Source of the DNA: Paragordius varius
Taxonomy: Eukaryota; Animalia; Nematomorpha
Length of the DNA stretch: 64,000 nucleotides
Assembly: GCA_964247055.1 (NCBI GenBank)
Contig: OZ176053.1
Location: forward strand, 8,928,001 to 8,992,000
Reading direction: 5' to 3'
Shown here: piece by piece, positions 26,467 to 37,748 of the stretch
Layout: each line of letters begins with the position of its first letter
Numbering within the stretch: the stretch's first letter is position 1
The notes under the pieces: generated by a model
What the model was told of the DNA's origin: nothing
Databases searched by the model: none
The model's input: only the letters and a program-made list of their open reading frames with translations
Translations under genes and position numbers: made by a program

Positions 26467-27430
26467 AAATATTATATTACCTTAATTTTCTGGAATAAAC
26501 GTGTAAGTTACCGATTTGTGGTATCAATTTGTCTTTTAAGCTACCGATTTGTGGTATTAATTTGGCTTTTTAATAATGTTGGCAAGTAATAAAACTAAAA
26601 TATTAGTAAAATAAATATTATATTACCTTAATTTTCTGGAATAAATGTGTAAGGTACCGATTTGTGGTATCAATTTGTCTTTTAAGCTACCGATTTGTGG
26701 TATTAATTTGGCTTTTTGATATGTTAGCAAGTAAACTAAAATATCATCATAGTAAATATTATATTACCTTAGTTTTCTGAAATAAACGTGTAAGCTACCG
26801 ATTTGTGGTATCAATTTGTCTTTTAAGCTACCGATTTGTGGTATTAATTTGGCTTTTTGATATGTTAGCAAGTAAACTAAAATATCATCATAGTAAATAT
26901 TATATTACCTTAGTTTTCTGAAATAAACGTGTAAGCTACCGATTTGTGGTATTAATTTGTCTTTTAATCTAGAGATTTGTGGTATTAATTTGGCTTTTTA
27001 ATAATGTTGGCAAGTAATAAAACTAAAATATTAGTAAAATAAATATTATATTACCTTAATTTTCTGGAATAAATGTGTAAGGTACCGATTTGTGGTATCA
27101 ATTTGTCTTTTAAGCTACCGATTTGTGGTATTAATTTGGCTTTTTGATATGTTAGCAAGTAAACTAAAATATCATCATAGTAAATATTATATTACCTTAG
27201 TTTTCTGAAATAAACGTGTAAGCTACCGATTTGTGGTATCAATTTGTCTTTTAAGCTACCGATTTGTGGATTAATTTGGCTTTTTGATATGTTAGCAAGT
27301 AAACTAAAATATCATCATAGTAAATATTATATTACCTTAGTTTTCTGAAATAAACGTGTAAGCTACCGATTTGTGGTATTAATTTGTCTTTTAATCTAGA
27401 GATTTGTGGTATTAATTTGGCTTTTTGATA
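26467..27430. repeat. Tandem array, ~141-146-bp monomer x ~6.8, with a 428-bp higher-order repeat
   Basis: AAATATTATATTACC starts at 26467, 26613, 26754, 26895, 27041, 27182 and 27322. Each monomer holds two ~35-bp GCTACCGATTTGTGGTAT(C/T)AATTTG subunits. Units 2-4 repeat as units 5-7. Confidence 0.93.
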
Positions 27431-29322
27431 ATGATGACAGTAGTAGTAGGAAGCAAAGTGTATAATCATATGATATAAATTCGAAAAAAATAAATATTTT
27501 TAATTTAAAAATAAAAAATTTTAATTTAAAATTGAATAGATTTTAAAGATATTTAATGATAAAAATTTAAACGGATAAAAAAAATTTATTTGTATTAAAA
27601 ATTTTTTTTCTTATAATCGTTAAAAAGCGGGACATTTTAAAAACGTAGCGGGACGCGGGAAGTGTGAAAAAGCGGGACGTCTGGTCACCTTAGTTATACT
27701 ATTATCGGATAATCTAATTGCATTTGTTTCGGCGTTTATATTATTATCATTTTTTACCCATCTATATGCAGATTGGGAAGATATGGCTTTTTCTATTCCC
27801 TTTTTCTTCACCCATTTTTCTCAACGATTCTCTGATCGCTTTACAGCAATCTTTCTTAGTTTGGATATAATTTATTTTGCTGTCAGCATTTTCTTTTTTC
27901 CATTTTTGGGAAGCAGATTTCTTTTTCTTAATTATATCTATCAGGGATATTTGCCACCACCATTTAAATGCTTTTTTATTATTAGATTTCATTCTGCCAA
28001 CATTCTTCTCTAGTGATTCAATGCAGCTATATTTAAAGGTCCAAAGGTGTTCTGGAGAGGTTGTTTTTTATTTAAGGGAATTTTCCGTGTCGAGTTTCAT
28101 TCTATTATTGATATTATTATCGACTAATTTTTTATATCTAAATTTAGGTTTATTTTGTCCACTGGCTGATTGTGTTGATGTATATTTATATATTCCATAA
28201 TGAGTTTCTGCTGTAGTTCTAAAGCGGGGATAGATTTAATATTTTTAAAATTAGATTTGTCTTCTTTTCTTGATATAATTATGTCAATCATCGAGCGATT
28301 TATGCCGGATACATAGGTTAGCAAGTTACTATAATTTTTTTTAAAAAAACGTATTAATGATAGATAAATTATTATTACTTGCGAAATCTAATAATATTTT
28401 ACCATCTCATTTAATCATCCATTCCAAAACCTCCATGTACTGAATGTATTGATTCTTTACCGAAGTGTGAGCTTAGGTCACCCCCGATAAATATGAAATC
28501 AGTGTGTGGAATAGCAGTGACTTTTTCATATAAAGCCAACCAGAATAAATCCCTAGTCTGAATCACAACCGATTTGTGGGGCGTACACGGATAAAATATG
28601 ATAGATTTTTTTGTTGAGTTGAATTTTTAATACTAATAATCTTTCAGATGAGTAATCAATTGATATGATATTGGGTACAATGAAATTTTTGACATAAACT
28701 CCGACACCTGATGAACGACCATTAGACCCAGACCAGAATAATTTATAATCTAGAATGCTTTTAGAACCAGTGTTCTTCCAGCGAGTTTCTTGGACGCAAC
28801 ATATTTCGATGTTCTTCGAGAAGAGCAAAGCTGCTATTTCCTGGCTCCTTCTGGTTAAAGATGTTATATTCAAAGTGGCCAAACGAATGATATGATTAGT
28901 ATGGTGTGTGGGATTCGTACACATCCTTATGTTTTGTTATAATATATGGATATGAGAAGAACAAGCAAATAGCGAGAAAGAAAAGTGAATTAGCGATAAG
29001 ATACTGAAATAAATTATGGAACAACCGTTTTTTACGCCGTGTATGCCCTTACTATCCGGCAGCCAGAGAATCTGGAGGAAAGTAAATAAACGTTTTCATA
29101 CAGTAAATAAATATAGATTTTATAATTTTACTTAGATGTGTACATATTAAAATGTTATATTAATCTGTTTATTTTCAATTTATCGCAAGATATAAAAATT
29201 TGGACGGCCCCATATTGGACACCCCTGGTCTATACCTTTACTGAGAGCCCGCTCAAAAAACGCCTTTTTTATATGAAAGCGTTTAATACGCTTAACTAGG
29301 GAACTTTGTTTACATATACATT

Positions 29323-30576
29323 AATAAGATTCGTGTTAACGTAGTGAATAATGAAAGAAAATAAAAAAAAATTTATTATAGACTCAAATTTTTGCCCAAT
29401 GGCATCATCAGGAGTTATTTAAAGAAAAAACTTAAAATAAAGTACAACAAAGAAAAAAATATAAAAATTGACAAAAGAAAGTAACATAAAAGAAACCGTT
29501 ATAATCTTGAGCGCATGTGCAATATATTTTTTAAGAACATAAATATATCTACACTACCAGACAAATAAAACAGAAATTATAAAAAAATAAAAACTTTAAG
29601 TAATATCAATGCTGTATAAAGTTTTTGGAATAAAAATATTATGGCTTTTCATGAAAATTTTAGTTTGAGGGTGAATTTCTCTTTTCTCTTCTCGCCTATT
29701 CAAAAAATCATGTTTAGAGCTCTGTATGAATAAGGCTTCCTTTGTCAGTCTAGACTTGAGTTTCTTCTCGATTCCCAAGATATCTATTGTTGTAGAACAA
29801 CGGTGATCATTGTCAAAGCAATGTAAGAACATTGCTAAATTTTTGCATCTTAAGTGTTTTTTGTACCTCAATTTTATGTCGCGTTTTGACTGACCTATAT
29901 ATTTGGCAGGACAGTCTCTACAATTCAATCTGTATATTATGTTTTCAAGTTCGACATCGCGAGTTCTCAACATAGTGAAAACGTTCGCAGTAGGTTTGTA
30001 GTAAACCTTAAATTATTTTTCCTTTTTAAAATTTTGCCTAGGCTGGCAGAAAATCCGCTGTAAGGAAGGCAAACATTACGAACAATTGGGATACTGGTAG
30101 ATGATTGCGATTCATTTGTATGACAAGTGATCGGTGTTGCAGTATGCTCTGTGTCATTAATTGGATTGATCGATGCTAATGTATTTTTGTTTTTTAGGAC
30201 ATGGTTGACAGCCGACGTGATCCATTCCTGGTGGTAACCCTGGCGTAGCAGATATTGCACGATTTCACCCGTCTGTTTTATCTGCATTTCTAATGTGTTT
30301 GGTAGAAGGAGTGTACGTTTTATGTAGCTAGATACTATGGCTTTGTAGGTGAATGGCGGGTGATTAGATTCCAAAGACAGGAAGCTGAAATTAAATAATT
30401 TTTTATAATGAACTTTGGTGGTTATGGATATCTGGTTGTCATTGCGGATTTTAGATATACAATGTCTAAAAAAGGTATTGAATTGTCGATTTCCTCTTCT
30501 TTTGTGAATTTTAATTCCGATTCGTTGTTTAGCGCTATAAATAATTTATTTTTAATTTCTGAATCTATTATTAAGA
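29323..30576 (-). mobile_element. Penelope-like retroelement fragment (RT C-terminus + GIY-YIG endonuclease + 3' region), left arm
   Basis: Minus-strand ALNNESELKFTKEEEIDNSIPFLDI...ESNHPP.TYKAIVSSYIKR...RQGYHQEWI followed by IIYRLNCRDCPAKYIGQSKRDIKLRYKKH...SRLTKEALFI (Penelope-type GIY-YIG). Confidence 0.88.
29382..29415 (-). ncRNA. Degenerate minimal type-I hammerhead ribozyme motif in the Penelope 3' region
   Basis: Minus strand ACTC-CTGATGA-T-GCC-ATTG-GGC-(A)AAA-AT-T-T-GAGT: stem I ACTC/GAGT, CUGAUGA core, stem II GCC/GGC, palindromic AATT stem III. The GAAA box reads AAAA (G12 to A). Confidence 0.6.
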
Positions 30577-31470
30577 CTAATCACCCGCCATCCACCTACA
30601 AAGCCATAGTATCTAGCTACATAAAGCGTACACTCCTTCTACCAAAAACATTAGAAATGCAGATAAAACAGACGGGTGAAATCGTGCAATATCTGCTACG
30701 CCAGGGTTACCACCAGGAATGGATCACGTCGGCTGTCAACCCTGTCCTAAAAAACAAAAATACATTAGCATCGATCAATCCAATTAATGACACAGAGCAT
30801 ACTGCAACACCGATCACTTGTCATACAAATGAATTGCAATCATCTACAAGTATCCCAATTGTTCGTAATGTTTGCCTTCCTTACAGCGGATTTTCTGCCA
30901 GCCTCCTGCCAAATATATAGGTCAGTCAAAACGCGACATAAAATTGAGGTACAAAGAACACTTAAGATGCAAAAATTCAGCAATGTTCTTACATTGCTTT
31001 GACAATGATCACCGTTGTTCTACAACAATAGATATCATGAAAATCGGGAAGAACCTCAAGTCTAGACTGACAAAGGAAGCCTTATTCATACAGAGCTCTG
31101 AACATGACCTTTTGAATAGGCGAGAAGAGAAAAGAGAAATTCACCCTCAAACCAAAATTTTTATAAAAAGCCATAATATTTTTACTCCAAAAACTTTATA
31201 CAGCATTGATATTACTTAAAATTTTTATTTTTTATGATTTCTGTTTTATTTGTCTGGTAGTGTAGTGATATTTATGTTCTTATAAAAAATATATTGCATT
31301 GCGCTCAAGATTATAACGGTTTCTTTTATGTTACTTTCTTTTGTCTATTGTATCAATTTATATGTATTGATTTGTCTCATTAATTACATTTTATATTTTT
31401 TTCTTTGGTGTACTTTATTTTAAGTTTTTTCTTTTAACAACTCCTTCACGGCGTTAACACGAATCTTATT
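30577..31470 (+). mobile_element. Penelope-like retroelement fragment, right arm (inverted copy of the left arm)
   Basis: ORFs 30408-30920 and 30872-31219 are near-identical to ORFs 29967-30374 and 29596-29973 on the opposite strand; the shared 3' end is CGTTAACACGAATCTTATT. Confidence 0.88.
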
Positions 31471-32640
31471 TAACAACCCATCGTCGTCACCCACTCAACA
31501 TATACATTAATTTTAAAATTTCTTCAGCGATTTCTTTTTGCGATTTTACAACCAGTGAGGCTGAACAACGCAGGCTAAATAAACAAAGGTTTGATTATAC
31601 TTGTATATGAATAAATATCCATTAAAATATTACTTTGCGAAAAATCGCAAAAGTCGACATTTTACGCTTTATATGTCTGGATGTATAAAATCATTATTTA
31701 TCAATTTGATAGCGCTAAAGATATGATAATTTTAAAAGTTCTCTTTCAAATTTAAATAAATATATAATGGCAAAATAGCTGTTATGTCTTAATTTTGAAC
31801 ATCAAAATAAAACTTTTAATAAAAATCTAAAGTCTCTTTATATTCTTAAAAAAGCACGCGTGAAATATACAGGAACCGTTATTAAGAAAAGGTTATTCTG
31901 AGCTGTTTTTTAAGACCTGAGACTAAACACAAAATGGGTAACCTCTTGGGTTTTACAGGTTATTCCAGATAGATATCAATAAAAATTTGGAAAATATGAC
32001 GGTAAAAAACGAACTCACAAATGACAACAAAATTGATAAAAATATAAATTTTAAAAAACGCAATTTGCCCTAACGAAAAATAAATCAATATCATAAGAAA
32101 ACCAGGAGTTAATAGTTTTGCAAAAGTTTGTATTTCGCGTTCTTCCTGCATCATTAGTTAAGTTATTGTCCAACCATTCAAAAAATCAATCGTTGTGATG
32201 CAACATTCGAGATAATCTCAGATTATATATAAAAATTTAACTAAAATATTAAATAATGATATCATATGCACAACATATAAAATTAAAAATTATCCAGGTT
32301 TTAAAATAATATCACAAATTTATTAATATTAAATTATGTCTTAAATCAATGGCGTCAAAAATATTTTTTTATTTAAGGATATGTAAACGTATTCGGCATC
32401 CACTGATTTTCACATAAAAAATTTATACTTATCATACCAAAAGTTTATATCTTAAAACTCTCGACAGAGATTTCCAGAACTAAAACAATAATACTTTCTT
32501 AATAACTGTGTTATTATAAATAAAGCTGATGATGAACTACTAATATTATGAATGGCTAGAAAGACTATGACAGACCATATATTTTTAAAAAATATGATTT
32601 TTATATATTTAAATTTATTATATAATACGCCAATAAAAAA

Positions 32641-33239
32641 TTAGAACTATAATTAATAATTATTTATACTCTTTTCAAAAATTCTTCAGCGGAGATTCGA
32701 GCACGAGTATTAAGTGAAAGCTTCATATCACTAATTTCTTTATCGATTTCTTCCATAAAATATATAATAAAATCCACAAGTTTGTGCTTAAACATAGTTT
32801 CAGTATGAAAGTTTGTAATTAAGAAACTAATATTGTACCCCTAAAATATATTTTGGAAAATACCGGCAATGGTTTTTTGCGTAAAATAGAAAAATTATCC
32901 GCTCTTAATATCAAAAATTTGGTAAATTTGCGGCATAACATTTTTTCTAAATCATCAGATTGCTTAAGTGAAATGCTGATCCGAATAGAATTTATAGATG
33001 GTTCAATCAGAATTTTTTCCTTCTCATTACGACTAATAATAATGGGATTATATACTAATTCTTTATTAGACCTTAACAATAAGAATGTAAAACAACTTTA
33101 TTTCTATTTCAGGCTTATTGTGCCTTTCCACAATTTGTGATGAAAAGTTTTCCATAGATACAGCGGCAGATAATGTGTGTCTGACCGCATTTAAATAGGG
33201 TTTTAAAGTAGTGGCCTAAAATTATTAGCAATATACCAT
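32641..33239 (-). CDS. ARPC4: Arp2/3 complex subunit 4 (p20-Arc), 5 exons, 168 aa
   Basis: Exons 33239-33237 (ATG), 33215-33097, 33071-32864, 32840-32670 and 32646-32641 (TTC TAA) give [74 protein letters not shown]...[24 protein letters not shown]...[13 protein letters not shown], matching the conserved ARPC4 sequence and length. Introns are 21, 25, 23 and 23 nt. Confidence 0.97.
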
Positions 33240-33436
33240 ATCAATGAATACTGCACATTCACAAAGTCAGTATGAAAATATGATCACTAACAATATCATT
33301 CTGTAATTTGCTATTAAAAAAATTTGTATGAATTAAATTTGCACACCATATTTTTGGAATTTTATTAAATGTGGAATTGCAGTATAGTTTGTTGACAATA
33401 ATAAGCGTGTCCTATGCATAACACTTGCAAAATTAA

Positions 33437-34450
33437 GGGATGAAATATCCTGATTAAACATATATATTAAGATCAGAAAATGTGTCAGAATTATCATGGT
33501 TACGAATATAAGATGTTTTAGACTTTTGTGGTTACTGCTTTATATCAGAAAATGGCATTTGGTAAAAATTAAATGTTAAATTTCAAAAAATATCCCAACC
33601 TTTATAACATGAAATACACATGTCCCAAATTTTACGCCCTTCTAAAATAGAGTGACTAAAATTCCAAGGCGATAAAAATCTCATATGCTAAATATTTTGA
33701 CATCAGAAAAAGTTTTATCCCGAAATAGGATATTTTGCTCAAAATTATTAATAATAATTTTTTGAAGCGTACTCCATACTTTTTTGAGGCATGATGATAA
33801 CAGCATTAAAACTCTTTACTATATCAAATATATTTGATAGTGTTCTATGATGCTAACATTATCACCTCAAATTTTAATAATATTTGTTCGCCTTATTTCT
33901 GTTAAATATAAATTTAAAAACAAGCGAACTTTTAAAGTTAAATTCTGAGTTGATAGAAATGTTAAGCATCATAAATTATAAAGTGATTTCAATATTATAA
34001 AGCGTTTTTAGAACGTTTTCAATATGCCTCAAAATTATATGAAGTTGCGCCCCAACAAATCTTTGCTGAATTTTTGATCAAAATATTGATTTTTCATAAA
34101 AAAACTTTTTTTAATGTTGTAGCAGTTATTTCAAACTTTTATCATGCAATATCGATATTTTAGTTTTATTCAAAAAACTATTACCCATTTTAGATGGGCA
34201 AAATAGGAAGTTATGGAGCCCATTATTAAAATTCTATAAGAATATTGTTTTGCTTTCTATATTCAGAGGGTGCACAAGAAATAATAACCTGCAAAACTAT
34301 ATATATTCTAATAGAATAATGTTTCAGAATTATCATGGTACATTTTTTTTACAAGAAAGTTATTTATACTTTTGTGGTAGCTACTCTATATCAGAAAATC
34401 CCGAAATTTGCGCATATTTTAAATAAAATTTTTGGTGTAAGCTAAATGCT
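33437..34450. mobile_element. Long-TIR non-autonomous DNA element family, partial or rearranged copies
   Basis: The motif string GAATTATCATGGT...TTTTGTGGT(T/A)..C...ATATCAGAAAAT occurs at ~33490 and ~34330, and also at ~50415, ~53415 and inverted at ~54130-54250. Superfamily not assignable. Confidence 0.55.
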
Positions 34451-35589
34451 TCACTCCTATAATATCACTAAAATATATCATAAACTACATATAAAAAGTA
34501 AAAAGATATTTTCAAAAAATTTTAAATTTTAGATGTGGGCTTTGAAAATCCCAAACATCTTCGTTCGTCTTATTTTTCTTTAAATATACACAAAAAAATC
34601 GAGATTGAATGATAGAAATTTTAGATACATGCCAAATTTTAATATCAACTATAAATATATTAAAAAAATTGCATACTTATTTTTAAAAATTAAATTTTAA
34701 GAAAAATTTATAACCGCATTTCATGCTATTCTGAAGCAGGGCGGAAAGGGTATAAAAACGCTTTAAGACATTATAAAAACACTTTTTCTATATTATTCGT
34801 AATCCCTTTATATTTTAATTTTAAGGTCTGTTTTTTTCCTAATTCTGGTGGATTTTTGTAAGACAACCCAATTTATATATTACATAAATTTTAAAACGAA
34901 CGAATATTTTAAATATTAATTTTAAAACCCGTTCTATATTTATTTATCAGTTTATAAATCCGTGTCCGGTTTCTCAATTTTATTTAATGAAAAAAATACT
35001 TTTTTAATTAGAATTTAGGCTTCGTTTTTGATCATACGCATCTATTTGAAAGAAATCAAGGATAAGGGTATATTGAGTTTTATGAAGATATCAGAAATAT
35101 TAAAATATAAAATAGGCTTAAGTGATCCTTATTGTTTTGTTGCAACTTACAAGGCGGCATATTAAGATTAATAATGTTAAAATAGGGATATGACGATAGA
35201 TATGCCTCTTTGATAACCACATTTGTACAAAAAATATTGGTTAATATAAAATATGTCCATTTTGTATGGAAGATTTTATTACATAATGTTTATGTATAAG
35301 CCGCAAATAATCTTGGTGTACTGAGCTAGGTTATAAATACCCTTATAATGCATTATTTGTCGGTACTATGTATTTGCCCCCGAGATAAAAAACCATTTTA
35401 TTCGAAACAATATACATGTGCATATGAAAATATATAAATTTAGAATCGTTTTGAAACATATAAAAATCTAAAATTGAAATTTGCACAAAATGTCATAGAA
35501 ACGTTTTTATTATCGTTTCAAAAAAAGTTGATTTTGAATTCTCTTGAATACATCCAAGTAGTTGCGTGGTAAATATTAAATTAAAGTTT

Positions 35590-36233
35590 ACGTTCAAAAT
35601 TTAATGAGATGGATGTGCCTGTTTTTGATTGCATAACAAATTCAATCTTGTTATAATGTTTGAAACTGCTGGACGTAAGACCTCTTCAACATTTTGTATC
35701 GCTGAACGAAATTGGGATGTGTTAAAGCTGAGAAAGAAACTTCATATAAATATGTGGTGTAATGGCAGAAGTACATTTAACGCCATATCGGCGATTGTCT
35801 AAAGTTTTCTAGTTCCGATCCAGATTTCTGTCAAGGGCTTTAATTGTATATTTAATTGGCTGGTGGTAGATCCAACAATATACGAGTATAAATGGAAAAT
35901 ATTTTTAAACTCACTAATTTGGAATAACATTCACTTCGTTCACAATCATACAATGGTTAAATGAAAATAACAATGAAAAATTATGTAGTTTCTTCGAAAT
36001 AACACTTAGAAATTTTGTTGATAATATTTATCAGGATTTCGCTTTTAAGAGATATAATGAGGTATAAACAGTCTTTCCGAACCAGGAGATTTTATGATAT
36101 ATTTATCTACGATTATTGTTATTTTTCTTTATAATAATTTTACAAGTTAAAAAACTTTTGTTATACGCTCGCGATCCCATAATTTTGCTCCGCAACCCGA
36201 ATTGGGTCGCGACTCATAGATTAAGAAGCACTG
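35590..36233 (-). mobile_element. Charlie/Buster-type hAT deletion derivative with transposase C-terminus
   Basis: Minus strand encodes a degraded ALNVLLP..TTYLYEVSFSAL...RPAVSNIITRLNLLCNQKQAHPSH* (Charlie-type hATC end). The terminus CAGTGCTTCTTAATCTATGAGTCGCGACCC is next to ATCTAGAA (NTCTAGAN target). Confidence 0.72.
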
Positions 36234-37748
36234 ATCTAGAAGATTTTAAACAAGATTAACTCAAATTAGGTTATAAAATTTGGTACCAGTTTTCGTAAAA
36301 ATATCAAAAGTGAAGCTTTGGGGGTATTTAATTTTTTTGTTATTTTTTGATTAAACATTGCGGCAAAACTTTTGATACAGCATGCTGTGTCTTATATGGC
36401 TTTAGATCCGGGAAGTTCTCGGATTGCCCATTCCATCCATCAAAGTTTTAGTATCTATTTTAAAATCGTATATTATTCAATTTAACACTTCATTATTTTT
36501 TCACTTTTTTGTCTTGGCTTACATTTTGGGGTAGTTTTATATCGCAAAGCTCAATTTTGCAAATAAATTACAGTTTTGAAAGTTATTTTAGTTAAAATTT
36601 AATCAAACATTGTTCTCATGTACCAGATCAAATTTACAGTTTTGTGACTTATAGACTCTAAAATTGGGAAGCTCCAAAACACGATTTATATGAACGGCTA
36701 AAATTAAAATCAAAATATATCAAGTTTTTGCTTGTAAAATGTGGCCTGAAGCTTTTTTAAAATTATTAACATTTTCCAACCATAATATACATTTACTTGC
36801 TTGTTGCATTAGCGATGCAAAAAAATTTAAATAAAAAAATGGGGGCAAAAAAGTTTGAGTTGAGGATTTCTTTATAATTTTATACTTTTTAAAAATAAAT
36901 TGTAAAATCTGCCTAAAAGAGTAAAGAGAGAATATTTTTAAATTCGCATTATTACCTTAAATATTTTTAAGATATTCAAATTTCAAATGGCTCTGGGATA
37001 TAAAACTACCCAAGATATATGAGTGCTAAAAGGTTTTATATATTGTGCATTAAATATTTTGAATTTGGACAATTGTAAAAATCTACCATTTAAGACGTTT
37101 ATTATTATTATAGAATTTTATGGTTATCAGTATGTCATAAAAACTTAATTTTTACAAGAAAATTTAATTGACATTATATGCGCTAATTTTGCGATTTCCC
37201 TATGAAACAATTCGAAAAGTGTAAATATTTTAGAGTAGAGCTAAACCAAAATCACCATAGGATCCTAAGACCTTAACTATCATATTTAATCAGTATTTAA
37301 ATATTATTTTTTAAAATGAAGCAAATAGCTTTCCAAAAAATCACATTTAACAAAATGTCCGTTAATTTTGCAGTTTCCATGAGCAATCATACAAAAATGT
37401 AAATATTTTTTTAATAACTCCCAAAGTCTAAAACCGAAACCACTATAATCGAATTTGCTCAAGATCTTTTGCATTCACTTATAACATATTTATATTAAAT
37501 GCATTATTTTAAGTAATAATTTCGATTAGAATAGAAATTATCAAATCACATCTATAAAATTGTGTAAAATAGGTCATTTTTCATTCTGAGTTTCATAATA
37601 TCTGATCCAGCAAGTCTGAATAGTTTGGAAGTTTCGGCTTAAATCATAAAAACATTTTCATTAATGACAGAAATTAATTTCAAATCAAATTTATCTTACA
37701 AAAAAGGCCTTATGATTCTCATATACCAACTATAAGAGTTTATATATA

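Larger units (their letters stand above)
23657..27692 (-). mobile_element. hAT-Blackjack-type DNA transposon (4036 bp) nested in the RTE
   Basis: TIRs TAAGGTGACCAGA / TCTGGTCACCTTA with subterminal AAAAGCGGGAC motifs; perfect 8-bp TSD GTTATACT at 23649-23656 and 27693-27700; internal transposase remnants. Confidence 0.95.
21869..29096 (-). mobile_element. Full-length RTE-clade LINE (~3.18 kb after removing the nested hAT), decayed, with 13-bp TSD
   Basis: APE endonuclease at 28553-28924 (IRLATLNITSL...EICCVQETRWK...SGVGVYV), linker at 27700-28330, RT at 22200-23650 (KGKGDCFNVSNFRPIRIL, QFGFSKNKGTIDTIF, GLHQGSILSPLLF, YADDL, zinc-knuckle CSVC...CNKC..WVHK). Direct repeat CATACAGTAAATA at 21856-21868 and 29097-29109. 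Confidence 0.9.

Noticed and set aside
26467-27430. CRISPR-like array (recurring ~35-bp GCTACCGATTTGTGGTAT motif)
   Set aside because: The intervening sequences are themselves repeated rather than unique spacers, the context is eukaryotic and there are no cas genes; it is a tandem repeat.
21291-29227. One large Charlie-type hAT enclosing the RTE/hAT stack (ends at 21291 and 29227)
   Set aside because: The flanks TACATAAC and GTCTATAC do not form a TSD, so they are treated as unrelated MITE ends.
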